Positions 22,666-33,137 of a DNA stretch of 64,000 nt are shown here, in pieces (position 1 is the stretch's first letter; the number at the start of each line of letters is the position of its first letter). Source of the stretch: an uncultured delta proteobacterium (GTDB taxonomy: Bacteria > Desulfobacterota > Desulfomonilia > Desulfomonilales > Desulfomonilaceae); assembly GCA_963789265.1 (NCBI GenBank), contig CAWBKB010000003.1:256001-320000 (forward strand), given 5' to 3'. The translations under genes and the position numbers were made by a program. The notes beneath the pieces were generated by a model, which saw only the letters and a list, made by a program, of their open reading frames with translations, was not told the origin of the DNA and ran no database searches.

Positions 22666-23823
22666 ATGGAATTGGCAAAACTTATACTACGGAATGTCTT
22701 TCGGCATAAGCTGCGTACCGTGTTGACCATAGTAGGCATTGCGGTTGCAATGCTGGCTTTTGGCGTACTCAGGACTTTGGTGGCCGCGTGGTACACCGGA
22801 GTGGAAGGTTCGTCGGCTAACCGGCTGGTGACTCGAAACAAAATCTCCCTGATTTATTCGCTGCCGGTGGCATATCGGTCCAAGATCCTTCAAGTGAAAG
22901 GCGTCAACGGCATCGGTTACGGCGCATGGTATGGCGGGATCTATAAAGACAAAAAGAATTTCTTTGCTCAGTTTGCAATAAGCGGCATGGATTATCTCGA
23001 CCTGTACCCAGAGTTTATCTTGCCTGATTCCGCGAAAAAGGCTTTCGAGCACGAGCGAAACGCTGCCATTGCGGGTCGCGCATTGGCTGAACGGTTCGGC
23101 TGGAAAGTCGGGGACATCATTCCTCTTCAGGGAACCATCTTCCCCGGAAACATTGAGTTGGTGCTTCGCGGTATCTACAAAGGCACCCGAAAAAATGTAG
23201 ATGAGACGGCGTTCTTTTTCCGATGGGACTACCTGAACGAGATTCTAAAGAAAACATCCCCGGATAGAGCAGACAAAACCGGATGGTACGTGATTCGAGT
23301 GAAAGACTCCGATCGCTCGGCAGAAATAGCCCAGGAAATAGATGCACTCTTTGCGAGTTCTCTCGCGGAGACAATAACCGAGACTGAGAAGGCTTTCCAG
23401 CTTGGCTTCGTGGCTATGACCAGCGCCATCGTAGGGGCTGTGCGTATTATCTCCATAGTAGTAATCGGTATCATTCTAATGGTCTTGGCAAATACCATGG
23501 CTATGACCGCACGCGAGAGGTCTTCAGAGTATGCGGTTTTCAAAACCCTGGGATTTGGTCCCTGGTTCATTTTCCTTTTAATTTCAGGCGAGTCGGTGGC
23601 CATCGCGATGCTGGGCGGAATTGCCGGGGCCGTGTTGACTTTTCCTGGAGGCCGGCTATTTAAGGCTCAAATGGGATCGTTTCTGCACGTATTCGAAATT
23701 GCCCCATCCACGCTGGGTCTGATCGTAGGAGTCTCCTTTTTCGTAGGGCTGTTGGCCGCTTTGCCCCCCGCGATTAGGGTGAGCCGAATGGGAATCGCTG
23801 AGGGCCTGAGACATATCGGCTAG
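22666..23823 (+). CDS. FtsX/MacB-like ABC transporter permease
   Basis: N-terminal RHKLRTVLT TM, periplasmic domain, NTMAMTARER..EYAVFKTLGF. Confidence 0.85.
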   Translation: MELAKLILRNVFRHKLRTVLTIVGIAVAMLAFGVLRTLVAAWYTGVEGSSANRLVTRNKISLIYSLPVAYRSKILQVKGVNGIGYGAWYGGIYKDKKNFFAQFAISGMDYLDLYPEFILPDSAKKAFEHERNAAIAGRALAERFGWKVGDIIPLQGTIFPGNIELVLRGIYKGTRKNVDETAFFFRWDYLNEILKKTSPDRADKTGWYVIRVKDSDRSAEIAQEIDALFASSLAETITETEKAFQLGFVAMTSAIVGAVRIISIVVIGIILMVLANTMAMTARERSSEYAVFKTLGFGPWFIFLLISGESVAIAMLGGIAGAVLTFPGGRLFKAQMGSFLHVFEIAPSTLGLIVGVSFFVGLLAALPPAIRVSRMGIAEGLRHIG

Positions 23824-23870
23824 CCGGGTATCATTCCCATCTCGGTTTTCAAATCCCTTATCACTTCCGC

Positions 23871-24027
23871 GTATCCTTTCAGTTACCTGGGGTCATCGAC
23901 CTCTTCCAATCGGTGTCATTGCGAGCGAAGCGAAGCAATCTTATTTCTGGAAAGCGTCCAGAACTGAGATTGCCACGTCGCTTTGCTCCTCGCAACGACA
24001 TTTTCCCGTCCGTAGGTTAATGGTTAC
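23871..24027. mobile_element. MITE family A copy 2 (cargo: TGTCATTGCGAGCGAAGCGAAGCAATC-type palindrome)
   Basis: Ends GTATCCTTTCAG/GTTAATGGTTAC; 8-bp flanks ACTTCCGC/ACTTTCGC. Confidence 0.75.
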
Positions 24028-24029
24028 AC

Positions 24030-24075
24030 TTTCGCTATAGTTTCGCTTGACTTTCTGTTTATATTCGTATATTTT
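24030..24075 (+). promoter_or_regulatory. lexA promoter with putative LexA operator array
   Basis: TTGACT-N17-TATTTT overlapped by TTTC-N7-TTTC-N7-TTTC-N7-ATTC. Confidence 0.6.
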
Positions 24076-24138
24076 GAAGATTGAAGTTGTACGCTCTGCT
24101 TGCCGGTCTACGAGCAGGAGAATAGGAGTCTTCAATCT

Positions 24139-24759
24139 GTGCAGTCATTGACCAAGAAACAAAGAATGGTTCTCGATTATATACGCCTGTTCCTCTCAGA
24201 GCAGGGTCATGCGCCGAGCTACGAGGAGATAGCCCGCGGCCTCGGACTTTCGTCACCATCCACCATCCATGCGCATGTGGAAAATCTCAGACAAAAAGGC
24301 TACCTCAAGAAGCGTTGGAATGCCAATCGCTCCATAGACCTGTCGGAACCAGTAGATATGCCGCACACTACCGAAGAGCTTCCCTTGGTCGGGCGCATAG
24401 CTGCGGGCTCACCTATAGAGGCCATTGAAGATCGAGAGTCGATCGCGGTGCCGGCACATCTCGTCGGCCGGCACGACACATACGTGCTGCTGGTGAAGGG
24501 TGATTCTATGAGAGAAGATCACGTGCTCGACGGCGATTATGTGATCGTGGAAAGACGAGATACCGCTTCGGATGGGGAGATGGTGGTGGCACTCATACGG
24601 AATGGCGAGGCCACGCTCAAGAAGTTCCACCGGATTGGGCGCAAGATAAGGTTGGAACCTGCCAATCCTGCTTATGAGGCAATGATTTTTGACGAAAGCG
24701 AAGTCATGGTCCAAGGAGTAGTGATCGGGCTGTTGAGAAAGTACGACCTCAGGTCGTAG
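24139..24759 (+). CDS. lexA: LexA repressor
   Basis: wHTH (APSYEEIA), IAAG cleavage site, GDSM Ser, ATLKK Lys; AGGAG RBS before GTG at 24139. Confidence 0.95.
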   Translation: MQSLTKKQRMVLDYIRLFLSEQGHAPSYEEIARGLGLSSPSTIHAHVENLRQKGYLKKRWNANRSIDLSEPVDMPHTTEELPLVGRIAAGSPIEAIEDRESIAVPAHLVGRHDTYVLLVKGDSMREDHVLDGDYVIVERRDTASDGEMVVALIRNGEATLKKFHRIGRKIRLEPANPAYEAMIFDESEVMVQGVVIGLLRKYDLRS

Positions 24760-24769
24760 CCTATGTCCT

Positions 24770-25930
24770 ATGTCCAACAATAGATTAATCCTCCACGTTG
24801 ACGCCGACGCCTTCTTTGCTTCTGTTGAGCAGGCGTTACGGCCCGAACTGAAAGGCCGCGCGGTAATAGTCGGCGGAAGCGATCGCGGCGTCGTCTCTGC
24901 GGCCTCGTATGAGGCTCGCCGCTTCGGGGTGCACTCCGCCATGCCGATGGTTCAGGCTCGGAAGTGGTGTCCTCACGCGGTGTTTCTCGATGGAAACTTC
25001 TGTGCCTACAGAGAGTTTTCTGCGCGTATGTTCGACATCATGAGGACATATTCGCCTATTGTGGAAACAACGAGCATAGACGAAGGCTACGTAGATCTTA
25101 CCGGCACCTTACGACTTCACAACGCGCCCTCCTGGGGAGTGGCGCATCGGCTGCTGTGCGAAATACGTTCAACACTGGACATAAAGGTTTCCGGCGGTCT
25201 GGCAGGGACTCGGACCTGGGCCAAGATGGCCACCGGTCTCGCAAAACCGAACGGCCTACTTTACCTGGAGCCGGACCGAGCCACGGCCGTCCTGGGAGGT
25301 CTGCCCGCTTCTTCTGTACCGGGCGTAGGCAAGAAGGCGGAAGAAATATTGAAACGTGCAGGGATTTTAACCGTCGCTGACCTGGCCTGTGCTTCGCGGG
25401 CGTCAATGTCGCGACTGCTGGGGCGCTGGGGTGAGCAACTCATTGAGATAGCGTCAGGAAACGATTGCCGCCCCGTGGTGGCGGAACGGCTTGACTCACA
25501 GAAATCGTACTCCAAAGAGCGCACTTTAGAGAAAGACAGCTCTGATTACAGGTTCATCCGATCCTTGGCCAGGAAACTGGGTGAAAAGCTCGCAGAGCGC
25601 CTACGAGCAGATGGTAAGGGCGCTTCCACCATCACATTCAAGGTCAGATTTTCGGATTTCACGGACCACAGTCAGTCCATTTCTCTGCACGAACCGACAA
25701 ATCTCACCAGTGAAATCCTCAGACTCATTGACCTGTTGATGCGGAAGGCCGTTGCACGCAACGCGAAAGTGCGTCAGGTAGGGGTAAAACTCTCCGGGAT
25801 AGGACTCCCGGTATTGCAGATGGACCTCTTTGATCCTGCGCGGCCTCTGCGCAGTCAACGGGACCGAGCCGTGGACACGATCCGTAACCGATTCGGATTT
25901 GAGTCCATTCAGGTTTCCGGACAGGTTTGA
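24770..25930 (+). CDS. dinB: DNA polymerase IV
   Basis: HVDADAFFASVEQ, ASYEAR, SIDEGY, AKPNG motifs. Confidence 0.93.
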   Translation: MSNNRLILHVDADAFFASVEQALRPELKGRAVIVGGSDRGVVSAASYEARRFGVHSAMPMVQARKWCPHAVFLDGNFCAYREFSARMFDIMRTYSPIVETTSIDEGYVDLTGTLRLHNAPSWGVAHRLLCEIRSTLDIKVSGGLAGTRTWAKMATGLAKPNGLLYLEPDRATAVLGGLPASSVPGVGKKAEEILKRAGILTVADLACASRASMSRLLGRWGEQLIEIASGNDCRPVVAERLDSQKSYSKERTLEKDSSDYRFIRSLARKLGEKLAERLRADGKGASTITFKVRFSDFTDHSQSISLHEPTNLTSEILRLIDLLMRKAVARNAKVRQVGVKLSGIGLPVLQMDLFDPARPLRSQRDRAVDTIRNRFGFESIQVSGQV

Positions 25931-26002
25931 CCCATTATCAAGGGAGTACCAGCCATGCCGGCTCCCATAGCTAGAAAGCTACAACGAAACACGAAAACGC
26001 GA

Positions 26003-26165
26003 GTAGGACTGTCCCGTGCGGAACGCGGGATTGCCTCGGACTCCGATCCAGGGTCCGCCCCTACAATTAATTCTCGCGTACTCTTCAGGCATGACGAGTT
26101 GCAGCGGCGGGTTTGAAACCCGCCCCTACCAGAGCGGATTCGCTTGCTTGAAGGCGAATCGGTAT
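26003..26165. repeat. Cluster of GTAG-type REP-like hairpins with repeat family F end
   Basis: GCGGGTTTGAAACCCGCCCCTACC...CTTGCTTGAAGGCGAATCGGTA, matching 35440-35503. Confidence 0.75.
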
Positions 26166-26194
26166 CAGCGGTTCTTGCTCGACGATATCGGATC

Positions 26195-26827
26195 TCAGCT
26201 TTCCGTCTTCTCAGATGCAGCCGCAGCTTCGGCCTCTTCTCCCGGAGCAGCCTCTTCTGCCGCCATCTTCGGGGCCGCCACAGTGGCCAGCGCTACCGTC
26301 TTGTCTTGAAGTGCCGAAACACCCGGCGGCAGGGCAATTTCAGCAATATGAACTGAATGCCCCACATCCAGTCCCGAGACGTCAACCACGATCACATTGG
26401 GAATGTTGTCAGGGAGGCAAGAAATCCGGAGTTCCCTGGTAGCCGGCTGAAAGATCCCTCCCTTATCGATGCCGACGGGCTTGCCGTCGAATTCAATCGG
26501 GACCGTCACTTCAATGGATTCATCCATGAAGACCTCGAGGAAGTCCAAATGGATGAGGCTGCCATCCAACGGGTTGGTTTGCCGTTCCTTGAGTAGAGCT
26601 CTCCTGGTAGTAATTCCGCCACCCTCACGGATCTGGAGATCGAATAGAGGATTGCTGCCTGCTTGCTCAACAGCTTTTCTAAATTCGTGAACATCGATTG
26701 CGATCTTGATAGGCTCGCTTTTCTTCCCATAGAACACTGCCGGGGCTTTACCGACAGCCCTTAGCCGGCGCGCCGGTCCCTTACCCTTTTGGGTTCGTTG
26801 ATCTACTGACAGAACTACTTTATTCAT
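26195..26827 (-). CDS. rplY: 50S ribosomal protein L25/Ctc
   Basis: GKGPARRLR, PAVFYG, LIHLDF, DVSGLDVGHSVHI motifs. Confidence 0.93.
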   Translation of the reverse strand: MNKVVLSVDQRTQKGKGPARRLRAVGKAPAVFYGKKSEPIKIAIDVHEFRKAVEQAGSNPLFDLQIREGGGITTRRALLKERQTNPLDGSLIHLDFLEVFMDESIEVTVPIEFDGKPVGIDKGGIFQPATRELRISCLPDNIPNVIVVDVSGLDVGHSVHIAEIALPPGVSALQDKTVALATVAAPKMAAEEAAPGEEAEAAAASEKTES

Positions 26828-26897
26828 ACATTCCTCCGGCAGGAGAGCCACGGGCTTGCAGGTCTCGGCCCCGATGGCGGTCTCCTGTTTGAGATTT

Positions 26898-27843
26898 TCA
26901 AACAAACAACTCGGAAACTGAGACCTCTCTGTGGATTCTGCTGATGGCCTCCCCAAGAAGGGGAGCCACGGATTCTACTCTCAGTTTGGAGCACTTCTCG
27001 GATTTTTCCTCACTGGGAATAGTGTCGGTCACATACAGCTTCTTAATGGATGATTCCGCAATCCGATCAACCGCCTGGCCGGATAGAACCGGATGGGTGC
27101 AGCACGCATAAATGTTGCGGGAGCCTGCCTGGGCCAGGGCAGTGGCAGCCTTGACGAGAGTGCCGGCAGTATCGACCATGTCATCCAAAACGATCGCGTC
27201 TCTTCCTGTGACGTCGCCGATCACGTGCATCACCTCGGATTCATTAGGTTTCAGCGCGACGTTTGTCAATTATGGCCAAACTGGCTCCAAGACGTTTGGC
27301 AAAGGCTCTGGCTCTCTCGACGCCTCCTGCATCCGGCGAAACAATTGTGCATTCAGCGATGGGAAGGTCTGCCTTGATGGCTTCGACCATGATGGGGCTC
27401 GAGTAAAGATGATCTACCGGGATATCAAAAAAACCTTGAATTTGGCCGGCATGAAGATCCAGCGTAAGTACCCGGTCCGCGCCTGCCGCTGTGATAATGT
27501 CCGCGATGAGCTTGGCGGTAATCGGCGCACGGCTCGCCACCTTCCGATCCTGCCGGGCATACCCGTAGTACGGCATTACAGCAGTTACTCGGCTGGCAGA
27601 GGCCCTTTTGAGAGCATCAATCATCACGAGAAGTTCCATGATGTTGTCATTGACGGGCCGGCAGGTGGACTGAATGACGAATACGTCCATTCCTCTCACG
27701 TTCTCCCTGAATTCCACCTGTATCTCCCCGTCGCTGAAGGAACTGACAACGGCGGCCCCGAGCGGTATTCCCATGTATCTGGTGATTGCCGTCGCCAGAT
27801 TAGGGTTTGAATTCCCGGTGAAGATCTTTAGTCCTACCCTCAT
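26898..27843 (-). CDS. prs: Ribose-phosphate pyrophosphokinase (frameshift at ~27257)
   Basis: [40 protein letters not shown] motifs. Confidence 0.95.
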
Positions 27844-27888
27844 TGAGCTTTCCTTCGTGGGAGTGACGAGCATCCTGTGAAATTTCAC

Positions 27889-27917
27889 ATACTATCGCTG
27901 CTGCGAGCTGATGTCAA
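27889..27917 (-). promoter_or_regulatory. Putative sigma70 promoter of prs-rplY
   Basis: TTGACA-N17-TAGTAT on the minus strand. Confidence 0.7.
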
Positions 27918-27930
27918 CGTGAATTAGACT

Positions 27931-29780
27931 CCATAATCCACCACCTCATTTGGCGGAGGATCTCTTGATGTCCCCTTGGACCGAAAATTTACCCTTGGTT
28001 ATGTCCCCCGCCCATGCGAACCGGACCAGGTAGCACGTCGGACCGATTCGTATGCCGAATTCCCCCTGCTCGGGCGGATTTCCGGCACACTAACCCCCCC
28101 CGGTCAGTCTATTTCCACCCGTCTGCGCCTCATTTCCCCCGTCGGCGGCGCTCTCTAGCCTGACTCGCAAAGGCTCAGAATTCTCCTCCTCATTTCAAAT
28201 AGTGTCTCGTTCGACGCATGCCCCCCAACCAGTCGAACACGCAGCATCCGAGCACGCTTGAGCACGCGTCCCGGCAGCTTGATCAACCAGAACCTTATGG
28301 CCTTCATGCGCTTGCCCACCCATGTTTCTCCCAGAACCAGGCGCTTCATCGCCGAGTTCAGGTTCAAAGCCAAGATCATGATGTGCCACCATGCTGCGTT
28401 TACCCCGAAATACCCTGAAGGAAGTCTGCCCCCTGCAAGATCTTCCTTCATAACCGAATGCGCCTCTTCAGATTTACCGCAGCGCTCTCTGTACCACCAA
28501 ATCAGCTCGTCCCCAGGAATGTCACGATTCGTGACAATCCCGAACACCTTGTACTTCATCGACCCAAAATGCATGGTAGGAAACGGCAATGAAACTTGCC
28601 CATCCATCTCCGGAAGTTCCGGCTGCTCCAAAACCTCGCGAATAGCCAGGTACCGGAAACATGGACCATCTTTCTTGCGTGCGAGCTCATCGGGAACGAA
28701 ACAGACCTCCGCGTACCTCTTGACCCCTTGTAACCAAGCCATTCTCAGTCTTGCGATACAAACTATGCCAATCCGACTCCTCAACCTCGCGAACAGCCTG
28801 CCTGAACGATTCGGTTACCTTGGCCCCTATGGCAAACTCGATGACACCGAAACGCAGCTTCTTCGGCTCCGCACAGAACCTCATCAGCTCATGCTGATAT
28901 CCTGCCGTATCCGACCGCAGATATACCTTCGACACCCCCGCAGGCAGGAACCCCAAGGCCTCTTCAAAGACGCGAAGATTGTCCTTACCGGCCCAGACGT
29001 TGCCGTCTCGGAACTCCGAGTGCACAATGAGATCCTGTTCCGCCCAGTACACCTGCAAAGGCTGATACGCCTTGTGCCCCTTGTAGCAGTAGAGAGCCTC
29101 TCGCTTGTTCGTCTCCACCACCGTCGCATCGAGATCCAGAGTCGCTACCTCCTGAGGAGACCGCTTCTGCACCGAGCCCAGAAAATCCTCGTTCACCTGC
29201 ATCATCGCTCGCAAACGGGGGGTCGGCATCGGTATGAAAGAAGTGCCCGCCTCCCTGAGCTTCTCCTGCTCGGGATCGTGAAACTGATACAGATACCGGC
29301 TGGCCGAAGAAGGAGACGGCACCGACCTCTTCTGCCCCTTGCGCAGCCTCTTGCTCAGGACTCGTCTCTCCTGTCGCGGTTTTCCAAACCCCATTGACTC
29401 CCGAAGTACCCGACAAAATCCCTCGTCTCCTTCCAGTATCTCCAGGTCGCTGATCCCTTGACCGTCCGCCAGATTCAGAAGTATCAGAGCCATTACTGTC
29501 TCGGAGTCAGACCACCCCTGGGCACCTGATCGCACCTTGAGCCGATTCTCTATGGCCCTGCTCAACCCCATCACATACCCGAATTCCAGGTATGTCGGCA
29601 ATCCGGCCAACGCCGTCATCCCCCCAGGCTTCTTCTCAACCTCATACTGGAAAGGGAAAATGCCTTGTGCCATAATCACTTCACCTCGTTGGTGATAGAT
29701 CCTTGTTGCAAACCGGATTCTATCCTCTTGATTCCTCAAGAACAACGAGGTTTTTCACTTTTTTTGATGCGCAATCAAGG
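27931..29780 (-). mobile_element. IS1380-family insertion sequence, 1850 bp
   Basis: Imperfect ends CCATAATCC/CCTTGATTG, 4-bp TSD GACT on both sides, DDE transposase inside. Confidence 0.88.
28155..29673 (-). CDS. IS1380-family transposase (frameshift at ~28715)
   Basis: TLDLDAT, SEFRDGN, LRSDTAGY, WYRERCGKSEEAHSVMK, NAAWW motifs. Confidence 0.9.
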
Positions 29781-29790
29781 GACTTTTGCT

Positions 29791-29923
29791 GCATGCATTC
29801 AGTTACAGCCGGAATTTGCCGGTGGCTTCGTGGGGTGGGCTTTCTAGCCCGCCATTGAACCGGGGTTTCCTCGGCAGGCAGTCCCGCGCCTCGCGGAACT
29901 GCCCCACAAGACAGAATGGTTAC
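29791..29923. mobile_element. MITE family A copy 3
   Basis: Ends GCATGCATTCAG/CAGAATGGTTAC; perfect 8-bp TSD CTTTTGCT. Confidence 0.9.
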
Positions 29924-29931
29924 CTTTTGCT

Positions 29932-30058
29932 CTAATCATTCACTCACGAGTTGGTCATGTCTATACAACCTTCTCCAACCCAACGCGGGCACAATTTTCC
30001 CGAAGGTCAAAGCAGCCGTCCCCCTCTTCCCCACTCCTCTTCCCAAGTAAATGCTTGC
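29932..30058. mobile_element. Degenerate older MITE family A copy in tandem with copy 3
   Basis: CTAATCATTCAC begins immediately after the TSD; possible right end GTAAATGCTTGC. Confidence 0.45.
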
Positions 30059-30182
30059 CTTTGAATACGGAAACCGTTGCCGGCCGGCAAGTACGGCCAC
30101 GATGTACATGCGGACAATTTACGTGATATGATTGTCACAAGAATGACCCAAAAGGGCAGGCTGTCGCTCTAAAGGAGATCAA

Positions 30183-32012
30183 ATGATGGAATCTTCACCC
30201 AAACGCCTTGTCACCTTGTTAGTCGCAATGCTGTTCGTCCTGGCTGCCACGATGTCGTTTGTGCCGTCGGCAGATGCCTTGAGATTCGGTGGAGGTGGCT
30301 TCAGGGCCGGAGGCGGCAGTTTCAGGCTGGGCGGGGCCGGATTTCGAACGGGAGGGTACCACTTCAAGGGTACGTCGAGCTGGTGGTCCGGCGCGAGCAG
30401 GGCGGTATGGGGCAGCCGCAGCGGAGGCGGGATCTACAAGAAGCCCTCGTCGGTGAAACCTTCCCAGAGCTATGGCAAGCCTTCGTTTGGGCCGGGAGCA
30501 TCCGGTGCTTATTCAAAGCCTTCCCTAGAACAGCGTTCGTCGAACCAGTACTCTAAACCGTCTTCAGGGGTGGGAAAAGAAACTTCCGGCAGCTACGCAA
30601 AACCAAAGGTCGGTACACCGGGTGCGACTGTGCCTTCGACATTTACCGGCGGATCCAAGTTTGATCGTAAAATGGTCCAGCAGATGAAGCAGCAGAGGGC
30701 GAAAGCCTCTCTGGACAGCTATCGGGCCGAAACCGGCAAATTTCAAAAAACTGCCGGCGCACCGTGGGAGTCTTACAAGTCCAGCCCTGTTTACAACAAG
30801 GTCCACAACTACGGGGGCTTCGATTATCGCGCCCATTATGACCGCCGAGACTCGTTTTATCGGGGCATGGGATGGAGTCCGCCCAGGTACGCTTACGGAA
30901 TGGCGCCGTCTTACGGAATTTGGGACACACTGTTCTGGTTCATGATCCTTGACCACTTCCACAATCGAAATTATGCAGCAACGGCTTACAATTACGCCAA
31001 CGATCCGGGATACCAGGCGTGGCGGCGCGACGCGGAGGATTTGGCAAAGAGTAATTCAGCGCTCAAAGCCAAACTTGACGGGTTGGACAAACAGGTCGCA
31101 GCTATGAAGGGCACACCGGTCGATCCCAATTACCTGCCCAAAGGCGTCCCCCCGGAGGTTGCAGTGGCAGCCGGTGCGATTGCGGCCAAAGCCTCTGAGA
31201 AGCCGGTAATAAGGTTCGCTACCGGGCCGAAGGAAGGGAATTATCAGTATTTCGGCGAACTCCTGAAAAGGAAGGAGGGCAAAGTCGACATTCAACTCCG
31301 CACTACCGCCGGTTCCATGGAAAATCTGCGGCTGATCTCGTCGGGGGATATTGACATGGCCATCGTTCAGAGCGATGTCTTGGCCATGCTCGGAACGAAA
31401 TTTCCGGGTCGCAAATTGATTTCTGAGCAGTCGACTTTATATCAAGAAGTGGTGCAACTGATCGTAAATGCTAATAGCGGCATAGATTCTATAAAGGATA
31501 TAAATCCTCGCAAATCAGTTGTGTATATAGGGCCTGAAGGCTCCGGCACAGCCATGACGTGGGAGGGTCTGCGACAACAGCGAGACCGCTATAAGAAGAT
31601 CCCCGTGAAATTAGCCAGTTACAACCTCAGCGAGAAAGATGTGCAGCGAAATCCCAAGTTGGCAATGTTGTTCGTGGGTGGACTTCACAGTGACATCTTG
31701 AAACAAGCCGAGCAGATCGCGGAGCGAACGGGGAAGCTCAAACTGGCCGCTGTGGATGACCGAAGCCTAATTCGCAAGAAAGACGAGAACGGGAACGTCG
31801 TTTATCGATTTGTGACGATTCCGAGCAATGCCTATCCTGCTTTGCAAAAAGGTTGGTTTTGGCACCATGACGTGGAGACTCTGGCAGTCCAGGCCGTTTT
31901 GGTGCTGCGGACGGATTGGGTTAAGAAGTACGGACAAGAGGCCCTTGATGCCCTGTCGCTGGGCGTTATGGAGGCAAAGGTCGATATGCAGAAGAGGCTG
32001 AAAGGGGAATAA
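30183..32012 (+). CDS. Exported Gly/Ser-rich protein fused to a TAXI-type TRAP solute-binding domain
   Basis: Signal peptide, GGGGFR run, five YxKP repeats, WDTLFWFMILD helical region. The C-terminal ATG..GNY, GSMENL, DMAIVQSD and GPEGSGT motifs are TAXI-type. Confidence 0.7.
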   Translation: MMESSPKRLVTLLVAMLFVLAATMSFVPSADALRFGGGGFRAGGGSFRLGGAGFRTGGYHFKGTSSWWSGASRAVWGSRSGGGIYKKPSSVKPSQSYGKPSFGPGASGAYSKPSLEQRSSNQYSKPSSGVGKETSGSYAKPKVGTPGATVPSTFTGGSKFDRKMVQQMKQQRAKASLDSYRAETGKFQKTAGAPWESYKSSPVYNKVHNYGGFDYRAHYDRRDSFYRGMGWSPPRYAYGMAPSYGIWDTLFWFMILDHFHNRNYAATAYNYANDPGYQAWRRDAEDLAKSNSALKAKLDGLDKQVAAMKGTPVDPNYLPKGVPPEVAVAAGAIAAKASEKPVIRFATGPKEGNYQYFGELLKRKEGKVDIQLRTTAGSMENLRLISSGDIDMAIVQSDVLAMLGTKFPGRKLISEQSTLYQEVVQLIVNANSGIDSIKDINPRKSVVYIGPEGSGTAMTWEGLRQQRDRYKKIPVKLASYNLSEKDVQRNPKLAMLFVGGLHSDILKQAEQIAERTGKLKLAAVDDRSLIRKKDENGNVVYRFVTIPSNAYPALQKGWFWHHDVETLAVQAVLVLRTDWVKKYGQEALDALSLGVMEAKVDMQKRLKGE

Positions 32013-32037
32013 TAGGCGGCAAATCAAGGAGGAATGA

Positions 32038-32772
32038 ATGGGAAGCACGCTCCAATTGTTAAAGAAGATGGCTTCAAGAAAAGCTGGGGAGCTGAGGGAG
32101 GCATTCTCAAGGGGTGGGCAAGGGGACAGAATTGACAGGAACCTGCCGCTCAACTTGAGAATTAATGGCCTTGTTGAGGTGTCGGAAGTTGACTTTCTTC
32201 TCGGGGGTGATGATATCAAAATTCGGCACCCCGAAGGCAGAGGCACGGTGGCAGCGTATGGTGTCGCCGCGATATTTAAGTCAACGGTCCATAAATTTTA
32301 TCTGGATTTCGGGAACGACCAGGATTATCTGCTTCAGATAGTTGTCGGAGAGAAACAAGATATTGAGGAATGCAAGCTCTTATGGTCGGCTGACACGGTG
32401 TATCCGGAAGATTGGGACTTCTGGATGAATGAGAATAATGGCTATATGGGTTACAGCATATTCGACACCCCTGATCAGACAAGGTACTATCGGGTGTGGG
32501 GGGATCCCGGGGCCGAAAAGGTGGTGGAAGAAGGAGAGGGCGGGGAACGGATAACCCGTGTGCCGCCGGTTGAGTTTTCAGAGACGCTCTATTTTGGGTC
32601 CAACGATGAAAAGACGGAGATTGTCAAACATTCAGCCATGCTTTACGGTCGCCATGCGAATGACAAAGTGGATGAATACCTGCTGGTCGGCCTCGATGAA
32701 TATCCCGACACCGCCTTTATCCATCTGCTGATCGGCTTGGAGCTAAATCCCGCTTCCCTTGATGTAATCTAG
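32038..32772 (+). CDS. DUF2491/YjfK-like protein
   Basis: LPLNLRING, YYRVWG and AMLYGR..EYLLV motifs; adjacent to a PspA-like gene. Confidence 0.65.
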   Translation: MGSTLQLLKKMASRKAGELREAFSRGGQGDRIDRNLPLNLRINGLVEVSEVDFLLGGDDIKIRHPEGRGTVAAYGVAAIFKSTVHKFYLDFGNDQDYLLQIVVGEKQDIEECKLLWSADTVYPEDWDFWMNENNGYMGYSIFDTPDQTRYYRVWGDPGAEKVVEEGEGGERITRVPPVEFSETLYFGSNDEKTEIVKHSAMLYGRHANDKVDEYLLVGLDEYPDTAFIHLLIGLELNPASLDVI

Positions 32773-32940
32773 CGGGGGATACATGAAATGTCCGGCGTTG
32801 CAAAAGCAAATCCGATTGTTCAGGTCGATAGCGGACTGCGTCCAGATTTGCTCTCTTCCTTAATTTTGGAGTGGGCGTAGCGTGCAACGCGCCTTGACTT
32901 TGATTCGGGCAGATTGCATGTCATGTAGGGTCTCGGAATG

Positions 32941-33104
32941 GAAACTGTCTCAAAAGCCAATTATGCAACAAAATCGTGGTTCGATGCTTGTTTGCCCGGC
33001 GATCTCGCGTTCTGTGCGGGACTGGGCTACTATCGAACATCCTCCGGGACACCATCTATTTAAGCCCCATCGGGGCGATCGAAAGGCCGGTGCTTCAGCG
33101 CCGG
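32941..33104. mobile_element. MITE family E, truncated copy
   Basis: TIR GAAACTGTCTCAAAA; interior matches 7993-8163. Confidence 0.75.
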
Positions 33105-33137
33105 TAACGATTGTTGCTTCAAAGAGAGGATAACAAG

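Noticed and set aside
28258..29397. 379-aa plus-strand ORF
   Set aside because: Antisense to the IS1380 transposase.
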